From Gemmatimonadota bacterium (GTDB lineage: Bacteria; Gemmatimonadota; Gemmatimonadetes; Gemmatimonadales; GWC2-71-9), in assembly GCA_036679605.1 (NCBI GenBank), contig JAZDCZ010000180.1, positions 96,001 to 160,000 on the forward strand: a stretch of DNA of 64,000 bases, written 5' to 3'. The position numbers and the translations under genes were made by a program. The notes below the pieces were generated by a model. It saw only the letters and a list, made by a program, of their open reading frames with translations, was not told the origin of the DNA and searched no databases. Of this stretch, positions 1 to 9,987 are shown in pieces. The stretch's first letter is position 1; each line of letters opens with the position of its first letter.

Positions 1-2
1 AG

Positions 3-1376
3 CTGTGGAAGGGACGGTTCGTCCGCAAAGGCTTGCTCGAGGATCTCTTCCGCCTCCTTGGTCTGTCCGATCAACTCGAGCAGGGCTCCCAGGTTGTTTC
101 GCAGAACAGTATTTTCGGGATAAAGCTCCAGGCCTCGCCTCAGGATGGATTCGGCTTCCTCGAACTCGCCTCGAGCACCGGACGCGAGAGAGCGCATCCA
201 AAACCACATGACTCCAAGCTGTTCCTCGGATGCGACTTCGGCAGCACGATCTAGGCGTCCAGCAGCCACTTCGAATTCCCCTTGACGCAAGGCGACGGCA
301 CCCCAACCCATGAGGATTTTCGGGTCGCGGCGTGCGCGGGTCGCAGCCTCGGCGTATGTCGACTCGGCCTCGTCCAGCTTACCGGCACTTTCCAAACTAA
401 GCGCAAGATTGTACAGCACTGCAGGCCGCGCCCCACCCCTCTCCGCGGCCTGCCCAAAATCCTTTATGGCCTGATCCCAGCGGGCCTGCTTGAAACTGAT
501 TAGCCCAAGATGGAAGTACGCGCTTCCGTCGGACGGTCTGAGGTCCACAACACGGCGGAATTCGCGTTTGGATTCGTCCAGCATTCCGGTGCGGTAGAAG
601 GCCACACCAAGATTCCGGTGCTCCTCAACTCGCTCACTGCCTTCCTGCGCCCTCTCGCCTGACTCGCGGCGTCCTACCTGTCGTACGAATCCGGCTGTAA
701 TGAGTCCGAAGATGGCCTTGCCCGCTTCGAATTCGAGCAATCCTGCATCTTCGATTATCTGCGTCACGTCGCGTGATCCATCGAGCAGTGGAACGATCCG
801 CTCCTGCTCCTCCGACAGATCGACTTCGGCAACATCCAATCGCTCTTGGTCTAGTTCGAACTGGAGATCGAACGAAGGGATCTTCTTCTTGATCTGGCTC
901 CACTCGTCTACTCGTCGGGCGCCCTCGAGCAAGAGAGATTCTGGATCGATCGACACCAAGAAGTCTTGACGATTAGGCCGCAGACCTGTTTCGAACGAGA
1001 AGTGCCCCTGGGTCCATGTGAACAGAAAGTAAACCGCGTCCTCGATTTGCAACCGCATGAAACGCTCCAGTTCAGTGCGGTCAAGGGCATGCATCTCCAG
1101 CAGGATCTCTCCAAGTTTCTTCTCGCGCTCGTCCGATTGCCGGTCAATAGCGGCATCGAGCTGCTCCTGCTTGATTACGCTTGCCTTAACGAGGATGTCT
1201 CCCAGCCGGTCGCGGCGGTTCACTACGGTGGCATAGCTAACACGACCTGCATCAAAAAAGATATAGCCGAGGTTGGAGCGGTCGGTGATCGAGAGACAGC
1301 CGGTCTTTCTACCCAATGAGAGTAACTGCAGCACGTCTGGGAGAGAGGCCTCCTCGAGACTTCCCTTGATAGCCAC
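3..1376 (-). CDS. DUF4388 (PatA-N-like) + MshEN-like + TPR protein, 3' end runs off the window
   Basis: Absent from the ORF track because no stop lies in the window. Manual translation from GTG at 1376 (overlapping the upstream TAG) gives MAIKGSLEEASLPDVLQLLSLGRKTGCL...LLLEGARRVDEW...EEHRNLGVAFYRTG, then TPR-like repeats, open to the edge. Clear paralogue of 5527-6678. Confidence 0.88.
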   Translation of the reverse strand, partial: MAIKGSLEEASLPDVLQLLSLGRKTGCLSITDRSNLGYIFFDAGRVSYATVVNRRDRLGDILVKASVIKQEQLDAAIDRQSDEREKKLGEILLEMHALDRTELERFMRLQIEDAVYFLFTWTQGHFSFETGLRPNRQDFLVSIDPESLLLEGARRVDEWSQIKKKIPSFDLQFELDQERLDVAEVDLSEEQERIVPLLDGSRDVTQIIEDAGLLEFEAGKAIFGLITAGFVRQVGRRESGERAQEGSERVEEHRNLGVAFYRTGMLDESKREFRRVVDLRPSDGSAYFHLGLISFKQARWDQAIKDFGQAAERGGARPAVLYNLALSLESAGKLDEAESTYAEAATRARRDPKILMGWGAVALRQGEFEVAAGRLDRAAEVASEEQLGVMWFWMRSLASGARGEFEEAESILRRGLELYPENTVLRNNLGALLELIGQTKEAEEILEQAFADEPSLPQ

Positions 1377-3337
1377 TAGGCGAACTCCTCGATGAGCCTC
1401 TCCTCAGGAATCGGCCAATTCCACACTATTTTCTCGCTGCTGCGAATGCCACCAGTAGGGGAAGTCAGTACGCCGCTGGACCGCGTCTTTGACGATGGCC
1501 GGCGCATCGGTGCAGCAGTGCCCTGAGTGAGTTCCCTGGCCAGCGCAGCACTTACAGTCACTTCGCCAGACTCTGCACTGGTGATTACCCGTTGGACCAA
1601 CCCCACCACACTTCTAATGGAATCCGCAGGCCGGTCAGCCAGGTAATCGGTAAGTTCCTGATCGGCACTGCCCAGTCGATCGGTAAGAATTCGGGACACG
1701 ATCGCGTATCGTAAGTCGCGATCGGGCGGGCCGATTTCCACCACCAACCCTGCGCCCAGTTTTGACCTGAGCGAATCATCCAAGCCCTCCACTTCTTCAG
1801 GCAGTGCGTTGATCGTTACCACTACCTGGCGCGTTGAATCAACGAAATTGTCCAGGAGACGAACAACTTCTGCCTGCACCCTTGGTTGGCTCCCAGCCAA
1901 ATGGACGTCATCGATCAGCAGCACCATGGCTTTTTGAAACCGGCTGCGCCAATGCTCTATCTTGCCGTTGGCCAACGCCTCCGAGATGTCGTCGAGTAAT
2001 TTCTGAGTGGACACGCAGACTACAGGAAACCCCAGTGTGTCGGAAAGTTCGTTACCTATCGCGTGGAGTAAGTGGGTTTTTCCAACTCCAGTCGATCCCG
2101 CAAGCACCAACGGGTTGTGGCCGGTCCCAGGAGCGACAATAACTGCCCTCGCAGCTTCCCTGGCTGTGCGGTTGGACAAACCCTCTACATGTGATTGAAA
2201 TGTCCAGCTAGAAGACAGCAGATCCGCCGGCTTATCGCTTGCTACCAGCCCCTCCACCAAGGCCTTTGCCTCGGCAACCCGATCGGGATCAGAGAACACC
2301 GGATCCTCCGCAGCGTCCGGGTCTGAGCCGACCATTGTTGCCCTGAGCGACGCCAGCTGCTGAACGTCCCTTTCAAATGCGTGTACCGAATCCTCTACCG
2401 ATACCAAAGTATCCTGTTCCAGCATCGTCTCCAGACGCGCCGTTACATATCCCTCATCTCCCCACTTGCGTATCGCGTCGCCCAGTCGAGACTGCCACAC
2501 TTGCACTTGTTCCTGCACGGTGACGCTTACGTCGGCAAGAAAGTCAGCGAACTCGTCTCGCTCTTCCGGCTCTCCCCTCTCGTCTATCTCTTGCTTAGCG
2601 GTTGCAGGCAGAGGAAAGGTTTCCGCCTCGAGCAGGGCACGAGCTGCCTTTGGAGTTATCATGTCATCGCCTACAGCCTGCAGGGCCATCAATCGGTTCT
2701 GCACTCCCAACAATTCTCTGATGTCAACGATCTCGAACTCCGCTACTGCCTCTAATACACCGGCATTGAACTGTACTTCTCGCTCCTTCGTGCGTCGTTC
2801 CAAGATGGCAAGTCGTGTCTCGTAATCGGGCGGCTCGATGTCGACCACCAGACCGGCAGAAAGCCGCACTACGAGGTCGTCGTCGACTCCGGCGATTTCC
2901 GACGGCTGGCTCGTACCCGCGACAACAACCTGCCTACCAGCTGACACCATTGAGGAAACTAGCTCCAGCACCGTCGACTGTATCTCGAGCCGCTGCGACA
3001 GCTGCTGTATGTCGTCCATCAGCAAGAAGTCGATGGCAGAAAGACGCTTTTGAAAGGCCTCACCCTGTCCGGCGGCGTTGGCTGCTTGATGGGCCTCAGC
3101 AAGCTCGTCGAGGGGCAGGTACTCTACGGTCATCCATGGTGCGCCAAGTTGAGCCATCCTGCCGCTTGCAGTCAGCAGATGAGTTTTCCCTGCTCCCGGG
3201 TCACCGCATATGTAGAGCGGGTTGTAGGCGGTTCCAGGGGCCTCTGCCACCTTGCGCGCTGCGGTTGCAGCTAACCCGTTACCGGATCCGGTGAGAAATC
3301 TCTCGAATCCCAGCTGTGGATTCAGCTCGACCGTCAC
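1376..3337 (-). CDS. Tandem DnaA/Hda-type AAA+ ATPase (two Bac_DnaA-like domains, no domain I or IV)
   Basis: Two modules: [18 protein letters not shown] / LLMDDIQ / [22 protein letters not shown] and [18 protein letters not shown] / LLIDDVH / [22 protein letters not shown]. No C-terminal DnaA-box HTH seen. Confidence 0.85.
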   Translation of the reverse strand: MTVELNPQLGFERFLTGSGNGLAATAARKVAEAPGTAYNPLYICGDPGAGKTHLLTASGRMAQLGAPWMTVEYLPLDELAEAHQAANAAGQGEAFQKRLSAIDFLLMDDIQQLSQRLEIQSTVLELVSSMVSAGRQVVVAGTSQPSEIAGVDDDLVVRLSAGLVVDIEPPDYETRLAILERRTKEREVQFNAGVLEAVAEFEIVDIRELLGVQNRLMALQAVGDDMITPKAARALLEAETFPLPATAKQEIDERGEPEERDEFADFLADVSVTVQEQVQVWQSRLGDAIRKWGDEGYVTARLETMLEQDTLVSVEDSVHAFERDVQQLASLRATMVGSDPDAAEDPVFSDPDRVAEAKALVEGLVASDKPADLLSSSWTFQSHVEGLSNRTAREAARAVIVAPGTGHNPLVLAGSTGVGKTHLLHAIGNELSDTLGFPVVCVSTQKLLDDISEALANGKIEHWRSRFQKAMVLLIDDVHLAGSQPRVQAEVVRLLDNFVDSTRQVVVTINALPEEVEGLDDSLRSKLGAGLVVEIGPPDRDLRYAIVSRILTDRLGSADQELTDYLADRPADSIRSVVGLVQRVITSAESGEVTVSAALARELTQGTAAPMRRPSSKTRSSGVLTSPTGGIRSSEKIVWNWPIPEERLIEEFA

Positions 3338-3933
3338 TCTGGACCCTCTTCACTCAATTTCCGTAGAACTACTTCCGAAATTCCTTTCAGTGTCTCGAAC
3401 ACTCCGTTTCCGCTAAGCGCATCGGCGACAAAGCTGGGGGTCTCGCGAAAGTTGAGCGCTGAGTCGAGTTCATCCGCCGTTAGAATGAGATCAGACGGAA
3501 GGTCTTGTTTGTTGTACTGCAGCACCATGGGCAACGTGCGGACATCAACCGCTTGTTCAACAAGGTTCTCATGCAGGTTTTGCAGGCTCTGGATATTCTC
3601 ATCCAGTTGACGCGCTTGGCTATCCGCTACGAAAACGACGCCGTCGGCACCGTGGAGCACGAGTTTTCGAGTCGCGTTGTAATAAACCTGCCCGGGCACC
3701 GTATACAACTGGAACCTCGTCGTAAAGCCTGAGATCGACCCAAGTTCCAACGGCAGAAAATCAAAAAACAACGTGCGGTCTGTTTGAGTCGCCAGAGACA
3801 CCATCCGGCCTCGTCTCGCCTCTGGGACTCGGCCGAAGATGTAGAGCAGGTTTGTCGTCTTGCCCGACCTGCCGGGACCGTAGTAAACGATCTTGCACGT
3901 GATTTCGCGTGTCGTGAAGTTGACTAGAGACAT
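3334..3933 (-). CDS. mglA: MglA small GTPase
   Basis: [46 protein letters not shown] and NKQD match MglA motifs. Confidence 0.95.
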   Translation of the reverse strand: MSLVNFTTREITCKIVYYGPGRSGKTTNLLYIFGRVPEARRGRMVSLATQTDRTLFFDFLPLELGSISGFTTRFQLYTVPGQVYYNATRKLVLHGADGVVFVADSQARQLDENIQSLQNLHENLVEQAVDVRTLPMVLQYNKQDLPSDLILTADELDSALNFRETPSFVADALSGNGVFETLKGISEVVLRKLSEEGPE

Positions 3934-3937
3934 CTGT

Positions 3938-4408
3938 TTATCGTCCGAATAGCGAGTTCAGGCTCTCATTCAAGTCCCGTTCGAAATCAGCAGCTAGCAC
4001 CGGCTTGCGTGTCTCACCAACTGGGCATGCATCCACGAGATCCCTCACAAGATCTTCGAAGAATAATTGTACCAATCCGACCGACGAATCTGGGCCGTAG
4101 ACAACCAACGAAAGCAGTCGTCCTCTGGGTGTGTCAAATTCACCCAAGAAAATTCCGTGCTGCGACCCTTGGTGGTTGAGCGCGGTGAACTTCTCATCGC
4201 CAATCAGTTTGGCCATTTCGTTAGTCGAGGAAACAATTGCAGCACCCAATGCTGCCGCGGCCATCACATCAACAGCTCGTGTGAAGCCATGCTGCGCCAT
4301 GACTTGCCCCGCAGGAGTCATGACCAGTGTCAGCCGCGCAGCGGCTTCATCGATGAAGCGTTCGACAGGTTCCACGAGCCACTGCTCGACCGCCCGCGTC
4401 AGCTTCAC
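3938..4408 (-). CDS. Roadblock/LC7 (MglB-like) protein
   Basis: Directly upstream of mglA. Roadblock pattern [14 protein letters not shown]...[26 protein letters not shown]...SSVGLVQL. Confidence 0.8.
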   Translation of the reverse strand: MKLTRAVEQWLVEPVERFIDEAAARLTLVMTPAGQVMAQHGFTRAVDVMAAAALGAAIVSSTNEMAKLIGDEKFTALNHQGSQHGIFLGEFDTPRGRLLSLVVYGPDSSVGLVQLFFEDLVRDLVDACPVGETRKPVLAADFERDLNESLNSLFGR

Positions 4409-4755
4409 GCAACCTCCCGGGCCATATGTGCCATCTCGAGTCTTACAAGTCCCATGTCGACATGCTCATCGGCAATGGCCACAATCACAACATCCCCTGC
4501 CGTTGGCATGACAAACACCGAACCATCCCTTGCTTGCAAGTGCAAGAACTGCTGCGCACCGCCACACGCCGCATGGGCCGCAAGCCCCATCCGTTTGACC
4601 AAGCTTGCCGTGAGTGCCGCGACAGCATTGCCACGCACTCCTTCTACCAACGAGTCGGCCACGATGAGACCATCGTCATGAGTAACTACCAACGCACCCC
4701 GCACACCGTGAACTTGCGTAATGCTTTTTAGCGCCTGTTGATATTGGTCAGTCAC
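4405..4755 (-). CDS. Roadblock/LC7 domain protein
   Basis: GVRGALVVTHDDGLIVA...AVAALTASL...DMGLVRLEM is a classic Roadblock fold. Start taken as GTG 4755 (GTGA overlap with upstream stop); the ORF track extends it to 4776. Confidence 0.85.
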   Translation of the reverse strand: MTDQYQQALKSITQVHGVRGALVVTHDDGLIVADSLVEGVRGNAVAALTASLVKRMGLAAHAACGGAQQFLHLQARDGSVFVMPTAGDVVIVAIADEHVDMGLVRLEMAHMAREVA

Positions 4756-5534
4756 TGTCGCTGAGCCTCCAGCCATTCGCGCGCCCTGCCAGTAGCGGTG
4801 TTGGCAATGAGCGCAAGTCGGCCGACCGGCACATCTCGACCGCGAGCCACTACGAGGAGTGCATCGGTTACCGGCCTACTAACATGCATACTCCCGCCCT
4901 CACTCTCGACAATCATCCACTCCCATGCTCCAAGCTCCAGAATTCGGGCAGTCCTGTCGGCCTCGCGGCCACCTGCAGCCACGTGGGCGGCAACATCCTC
5001 GCTCGCTCCATCTAACAATACACCGGCAAGCAATCTGCCTTTCGCATCCACCAAGAGGACGCCATGGTCCGCATCGCTCACTCCCTCAAACGCCGATTTG
5101 GTTCCACCAACCTCTTCACTGGGAGCCTTCTTGGCGGCCGCCAGACGTACCGTCTTGAGCGCCCTCACAGCAGCGGGATCACTGGGATCGCCCGCCAATG
5201 CAAGTTCGAGATGCTCTAGAGCCCCATCGATATCCCGCCACCGAAAGCATAGAAATCCAAGCCCCTTGCGGGCGCCGCAATGTCGCGGCTCGAACTCCAC
5301 TGCGGCCATCCACTCATCGTAGGCACGCTGGTACTGTCCCATGTCAACGAGGATCCGAGCGTATAGGTCGTGTGCATCCGCTGAACCGGGATGTAGATCG
5401 AGCCCTGCCGTCACCACCTTGACGGCAGACTCGTGCTGGCCGCGATCCCTTAGCATCTCACCCAACTTCAGGAAAACCAGGCTGCTTGGATCACTGGCCA
5501 GTTCCGCACTCATCGACCTGATGTCCTCACTCAC
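4752..5534 (-). CDS. TPR + C-terminal Roadblock domain protein
   Basis: N-terminal TPR-like helices (SLVFLKLGEMLRDRG, AHDLYARILVDMG, ARKGLGFLCF), then GVLLVDAKGRLLAG...LLVVARGRDVPVGRL Roadblock pattern. Confidence 0.78.
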   Translation of the reverse strand: MSEDIRSMSAELASDPSSLVFLKLGEMLRDRGQHESAVKVVTAGLDLHPGSADAHDLYARILVDMGQYQRAYDEWMAAVEFEPRHCGARKGLGFLCFRWRDIDGALEHLELALAGDPSDPAAVRALKTVRLAAAKKAPSEEVGGTKSAFEGVSDADHGVLLVDAKGRLLAGVLLDGASEDVAAHVAAGGREADRTARILELGAWEWMIVESEGGSMHVSRPVTDALLVVARGRDVPVGRLALIANTATGRAREWLEAQRQ

Positions 5535-6678
5535 GAGACGTGCTCAACAAGTTGTCGAGTTTCTCCACTGCCTTCAGCGCCTCCCGTACACGTTCCACCT
5601 CGCGCTCTCGCTCTTCTGAATCATCCTCCAACTTGAGCCAGCGCTGCCACCATTGCACGGCTTCCTGGTGCTGCCCCTGCATGGCGAGTGCGTTGCCCAG
5701 CAAGCGATGAGCCTTTGCCAACATCGGTTCCATGCGAAGCGTGCGCCGGAGATTGTCCTCGGCATCGCTTGCTCGATGCTCAGCGAGGTCTATTTCCCCC
5801 AACATCAGGTGGGCTGTAGGCTCCTGAGAATGATCGGCCAATGCACTTTCTGCGTACCGCCGAGCCGACTCCGGCTCGCCCGCAGATAACGCCTCGTCGG
5901 CTCGCCTCATCAGATCCTCAAACGCCTTTCCCTCCTCCGCGATCGAGCGTCGCACATGCGGCCGCGACCGCAGTGTGAGCACGTCCGCACTGTCCAAGCC
6001 AAAGATCATCTTGGCAGTCTCGAATTCGGACCGGCCAAGAACAGTCGCTATCTGTCGTATGTCTCGGTCACCATCCACGGCCGTCAGCACCTCCCATTCG
6101 GCCGGCAGGAGATCGAGTGACGCGTCATCGCCATCAGGTTTTAGCTGTGCGAACGCCGGGACCACATCCAAGTTCGGTATTCGCCGCTCGATAAGAGACC
6201 ATTCGTCAATTCGCCGGGCCCCCTCCATCAACACCGAAGCGGTTGAAATGGAGACTTTGGTAGGCAAATCTCGCAATTCCCCTTCAACGAATGAAAAGTA
6301 GCCTTCCTGCCAACTCAAGAGTTCGAAGACAACCTCTTCGATTTGGAACCGTACCTGATGCTCGAGTTCCTTCTGTGTAATGGCACCTATTGCGACCAGT
6401 ACTTCGCCCATGCGGCGATCGTCGCCACGAAGCTGCATCTCCCGGGCGCGGTCGAGATCGGCCTCGGATATTTTACCCGAACGCATGAGCAGCCCGCCCA
6501 ACAAGTGCGGATTGCTCTCGATCTCCGCGTAGACTACGACACCGGTCTCGAAGTATACACACCCATTGTTTTGTCGCAGTTTTGAGTTGACGCTGAGCCT
6601 ACCGGTCTTTCTGCTCAAGTCGAGTAGCTGGAATACGTCGTGTATGCCCAGCTCTTTCAGCGGGCCTTCGATAGCCAT
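5527..6678 (-). CDS. DUF4388 (PatA-N-like) + MshEN-like + TPR protein
   Basis: MAIEGPLKELGIHDVFQLLDLSRKTGRL, LLSWQEGYFSF, LMEGARRIDEW, and C-terminal TPRs. Confidence 0.88.
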   Translation of the reverse strand: MAIEGPLKELGIHDVFQLLDLSRKTGRLSVNSKLRQNNGCVYFETGVVVYAEIESNPHLLGGLLMRSGKISEADLDRAREMQLRGDDRRMGEVLVAIGAITQKELEHQVRFQIEEVVFELLSWQEGYFSFVEGELRDLPTKVSISTASVLMEGARRIDEWSLIERRIPNLDVVPAFAQLKPDGDDASLDLLPAEWEVLTAVDGDRDIRQIATVLGRSEFETAKMIFGLDSADVLTLRSRPHVRRSIAEEGKAFEDLMRRADEALSAGEPESARRYAESALADHSQEPTAHLMLGEIDLAEHRASDAEDNLRRTLRMEPMLAKAHRLLGNALAMQGQHQEAVQWWQRWLKLEDDSEEREREVERVREALKAVEKLDNLLSTSRE

Positions 6679-9351
6679 TTAGGCGGCCCCCGTCCGAAAA
6701 ATGTGCTGCAGATCACGGGCCGACCGAGCATGGTTGCGGGCCTCTCTCGCGAAGGGACCGTCTGGGGCAATAGAAACGACTTGCTCCCACTGTTCGATGG
6801 CCTCGCCGTACCGGTGCAATCGGGCAAGCACGACTCCCGTGAAAAACTGGGCCCCGACGTGGCAAATGTCGTACGCCAGGATTCGCCTGAATGTCTGCAG
6901 CGACGCCTCGAGTCTGCCGTCATCCAGTAGCGAGTGCCCGAGCGCCAGCAGCGCGCCCAGGTCCGACGGGTCGTTGGCGAGGACATCTGCCAGCAAGTTG
7001 ACTGCCGTGCGAGGATGCCCGGTAATCCGATAGACTCGCGCAAGCGCCAGAGCCGCCTCAACAAAGGTGGGCAGAGCTTCAAGCGCAGCTCTGTAGCATC
7101 GCTCTGCCATCTTCCAGTCCTCGTCGGCCTCATAACTCCGGCCAAGATTGAAGTGGACTTGGGCGAATCGAGGATTCAGCAGCAGGGCGTCCTCGTAGGA
7201 TTCTCGGGCTGCTTCGACGTCTCCCATGTCGGCTGCAATGTCACCCTCTAGCTTGAGAATGTCCGCTCTATGGGGTGCTCTCTGACGCGCGAGACGGAGC
7301 GCCTCGAGTGACTTTGCCGGATCACCGGCCGCAAGCCGAGCCTCAGCGAGCGTTACCAGAATATCGGCATCTTCGGGCCATTCATCGCCCAACGAGATTG
7401 CTTCCTGAATCGCCTCAGCTCCCCGACCAAGTGCCAACAGTTGGCGTACTTCGCCGAGTCTCGCGTCCGCACGATCTGACATCACCGCTCTCGCAGCTCG
7501 GTACCTCTCTAGCGCCTCGCCGTGAAGACCGCGCCGCGCGAAGATCTGGCCTGCGAGCAATTGGGTTTCGGCTCCTTCGGGGTCGTGACCCGAGGCTCTG
7601 TCGACTTCAGCGGCCGCCAGATCCAGCAGTCCCTTGTTCAGGTAATCTCTTGCCAGGGAGAGCCGGCCCTTCGTCGCTCCCTGCGGCGGCCTGTCCGGGG
7701 GCTGATCGAGTTCTGCAAAGAGGTTGTCTATCAGACCCTGGTCAAACTTTAGGGGCACACCTGATTCGACAGTGACTTCGGCAGCTATTTCCGGGACCAC
7801 AGAAATCGCTGGGTCCTCATACTGAAGATCGATCGCCAGGCGAAATTTCAGGGGATTGTAATACGGATTGAGCGTTTGGGCCCGCGTGACTTCCCGCAGC
7901 GCCCCATCGTAATCGCCTAGGGCCGATAGAGCAAAACTCAGGTCATAATGCGCCTCCGCAGAGTCAGGATCTTCCTCCACGGCTCTAGCAAACGCGTTCC
8001 GGGCATCCTCCCGACGTCCCAGCTCTGTCAAGACCATGCCGATCCCGTTCCATGCCGCCGCCCCTACTTGATCACTCTCGAGAATCTTCTTGAACGCGCT
8101 CAAGGCAAGTTCGAATCGGCCCAATTTGAAAAGAAGTAAGCCAAGGTTGAGTTGCGGAGTCACAAGCGGGCGATCTCGCTTCACTGCCTCCGCCAAAGCA
8201 TTGACGGCATCATCATTTTGCCCCTGCTGAGCTAAAGAAACCGCCAAATTATTGAGAGCCAGGGAATAGTCGGACTCCAGTTCCACCGATCGACGGTATG
8301 ACTCAATAGCATCGGCTGGTCGGCCCAGCTGATGGAGGACTACTCCCCTCTCGTTCCAAAGCTTGTGTGAGTCTGGCACCTCCTGGAGCAGGCGGTCGTA
8401 CAGTTCGAGAGCGGCCGAAAAGTCGCGTTGCAGCAGGTACACTTCGGCCATGGCTTGCTGGACCATTGCACCGTCCTCACCCCGGTCGAGAGCCAGCCCA
8501 TACTCTTGCATTGCCTCGCGGTAATAACCCTTCTGGCGAAAGGCTAAGCCTAGATTGAGATGCGGTAGGGACTCATTCACACTCACAGGACTCTCTGCCA
8601 AGACCGGCTCTACCTCTTCTTCTTTTCGATCTCGAGATAGACGTTCGAGTGACAGATTGGTGTGCGCACGAGAGAACAACGGATTCAACTGAATCGCTCG
8701 TTTGGTTGCGGCCCTCGCTTCCTCGTGCCGGCCAAGATCACCCAGCACAAACGCCATGAGATAATGCGCGTCTGCATGTTCCGGATTCAGCTTTATCGCC
8801 TCGGTCAGAGCATCCAGGGCTTCACGGTTCAACCCACGGTTGTAGAGCGTTTCACCGAGATAGGAACGCACGACACTGCTCTGATCGTCAAGTTCACAGG
8901 CCCGCTCCAGTAGCTGCGTTGCCTCCTCCATGCGACCGCCGGCCTTTTCTGCCAGCGCCAACTGCAAGAGTGCCGACAGATCTTTCTCGTCGTCGGATAC
9001 AAGCACCCGAAATTCATCGGCGGCGGCGGCGGACTGACCGAGCACAGCCAGTGCCTTTCCAAGCTCCCATCGAGCTTCACGATCCTCGGGGTTGGCCCTT
9101 AGACGATCCCTCAACTTGGTGACGCGCTGATCGTAGGAACCGGTACGCCGGTGTGCCAGCTCCAAGTTTCGCTGTGCAACCGTCATTTTTGAATCCAACT
9201 CGAGCGCACCCGCAAACTGTTCGACGGCCTCTTCAAAAAGGTCGTTCACATAGTACAGCGCGCCCAAGTTGTTGTGGGCACCTGCGTCGGATGCGTCGAT
9301 ACGGTGCGCAAACGACAGGAGTGCGGCGCGTTCCTGGTCGTTCAACACCAT
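6679..9351 (-). CDS. Large multi-TPR protein (890 aa)
   Basis: Many 34-aa TPR units (AHNNLGALYY, AHYLMAFVLGDLG, LWNERGVVLHQLG, AWNGIGMVL, VHFNLGRSY). Confidence 0.9.
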   Translation of the reverse strand: MVLNDQERAALLSFAHRIDASDAGAHNNLGALYYVNDLFEEAVEQFAGALELDSKMTVAQRNLELAHRRTGSYDQRVTKLRDRLRANPEDREARWELGKALAVLGQSAAAADEFRVLVSDDEKDLSALLQLALAEKAGGRMEEATQLLERACELDDQSSVVRSYLGETLYNRGLNREALDALTEAIKLNPEHADAHYLMAFVLGDLGRHEEARAATKRAIQLNPLFSRAHTNLSLERLSRDRKEEEVEPVLAESPVSVNESLPHLNLGLAFRQKGYYREAMQEYGLALDRGEDGAMVQQAMAEVYLLQRDFSAALELYDRLLQEVPDSHKLWNERGVVLHQLGRPADAIESYRRSVELESDYSLALNNLAVSLAQQGQNDDAVNALAEAVKRDRPLVTPQLNLGLLLFKLGRFELALSAFKKILESDQVGAAAWNGIGMVLTELGRREDARNAFARAVEEDPDSAEAHYDLSFALSALGDYDGALREVTRAQTLNPYYNPLKFRLAIDLQYEDPAISVVPEIAAEVTVESGVPLKFDQGLIDNLFAELDQPPDRPPQGATKGRLSLARDYLNKGLLDLAAAEVDRASGHDPEGAETQLLAGQIFARRGLHGEALERYRAARAVMSDRADARLGEVRQLLALGRGAEAIQEAISLGDEWPEDADILVTLAEARLAAGDPAKSLEALRLARQRAPHRADILKLEGDIAADMGDVEAARESYEDALLLNPRFAQVHFNLGRSYEADEDWKMAERCYRAALEALPTFVEAALALARVYRITGHPRTAVNLLADVLANDPSDLGALLALGHSLLDDGRLEASLQTFRRILAYDICHVGAQFFTGVVLARLHRYGEAIEQWEQVVSIAPDGPFAREARNHARSARDLQHIFRTGAA

Positions 9352-9355
9352 TCGC

Positions 9356-9976
9356 TTAGGACAGTTGCACCGCGTCTAGGATAGCCTTGAGCGATACCAG
9401 ATCGGGTAGGAGTAGAAAAAGTCCGCTAAGCCTTCGGTCGGCTTCCTCGAAATGAAAATTAGTTTCGACACAAAACATGTATTCGCGCTCACTGCCGAAA
9501 CCCAGATGCACAGTCGTGAGCACAGCTCCGGCTACATCGATGACCAAACTCGGCACAGACGGTAAGAGCATCATGCCCATGAAGTCAGAGAGCGCGTTGA
9601 GGTACGCACCTCCCAAAATATTTCCGGCCTCTTTCAAGCTGGATCGTTCCAATTCGTCGAAGACTTCAGTGGTCCCCGGCGTTCTTTTCAGCAGTAGATC
9701 GCAAAGCAACTTCGCGTTCTCAGCTGGCAGCATCAAAAGGTTCCGACCCGTCAGATCACCCAACATGTGCATCAAAACGGCTGCTACCAGCTCTTGCGGA
9801 TCGCCCAGAGTACCGGAAATCTGATCTATGTCTGCCACTTTGATTGTGGGAACACTGATCATGATGCGGCTGTTGGTCAGCTGTGACAGGGCCGTTGCTG
9901 CGTGTCCGGCACCGATGTTGGCTACCTCGGTCAGGGCATCGAGCTGGTGCGGCTTTAGGTTCGTCAAATCGTTCAT
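9356..9976 (-). CDS. cheC: CheC-family CheY-P phosphatase
   Basis: Two E-x-x-N active motifs: DALTEVANIGAGHAATALSQL and SSLKEAGNILGGAYLNALSDF. Confidence 0.92.
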   Translation of the reverse strand: MNDLTNLKPHQLDALTEVANIGAGHAATALSQLTNSRIMISVPTIKVADIDQISGTLGDPQELVAAVLMHMLGDLTGRNLLMLPAENAKLLCDLLLKRTPGTTEVFDELERSSLKEAGNILGGAYLNALSDFMGMMLLPSVPSLVIDVAGAVLTTVHLGFGSEREYMFCVETNFHFEEADRRLSGLFLLLPDLVSLKAILDAVQLS

Positions 9977-9987
9977 ATTCTGGCCTC

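Noticed and set aside
1376..3337. Calling this gene dnaA and looking for oriC
   Set aside because: No domain IV, no dnaN/recF/gyrB neighbours and no intergenic space for DnaA boxes.
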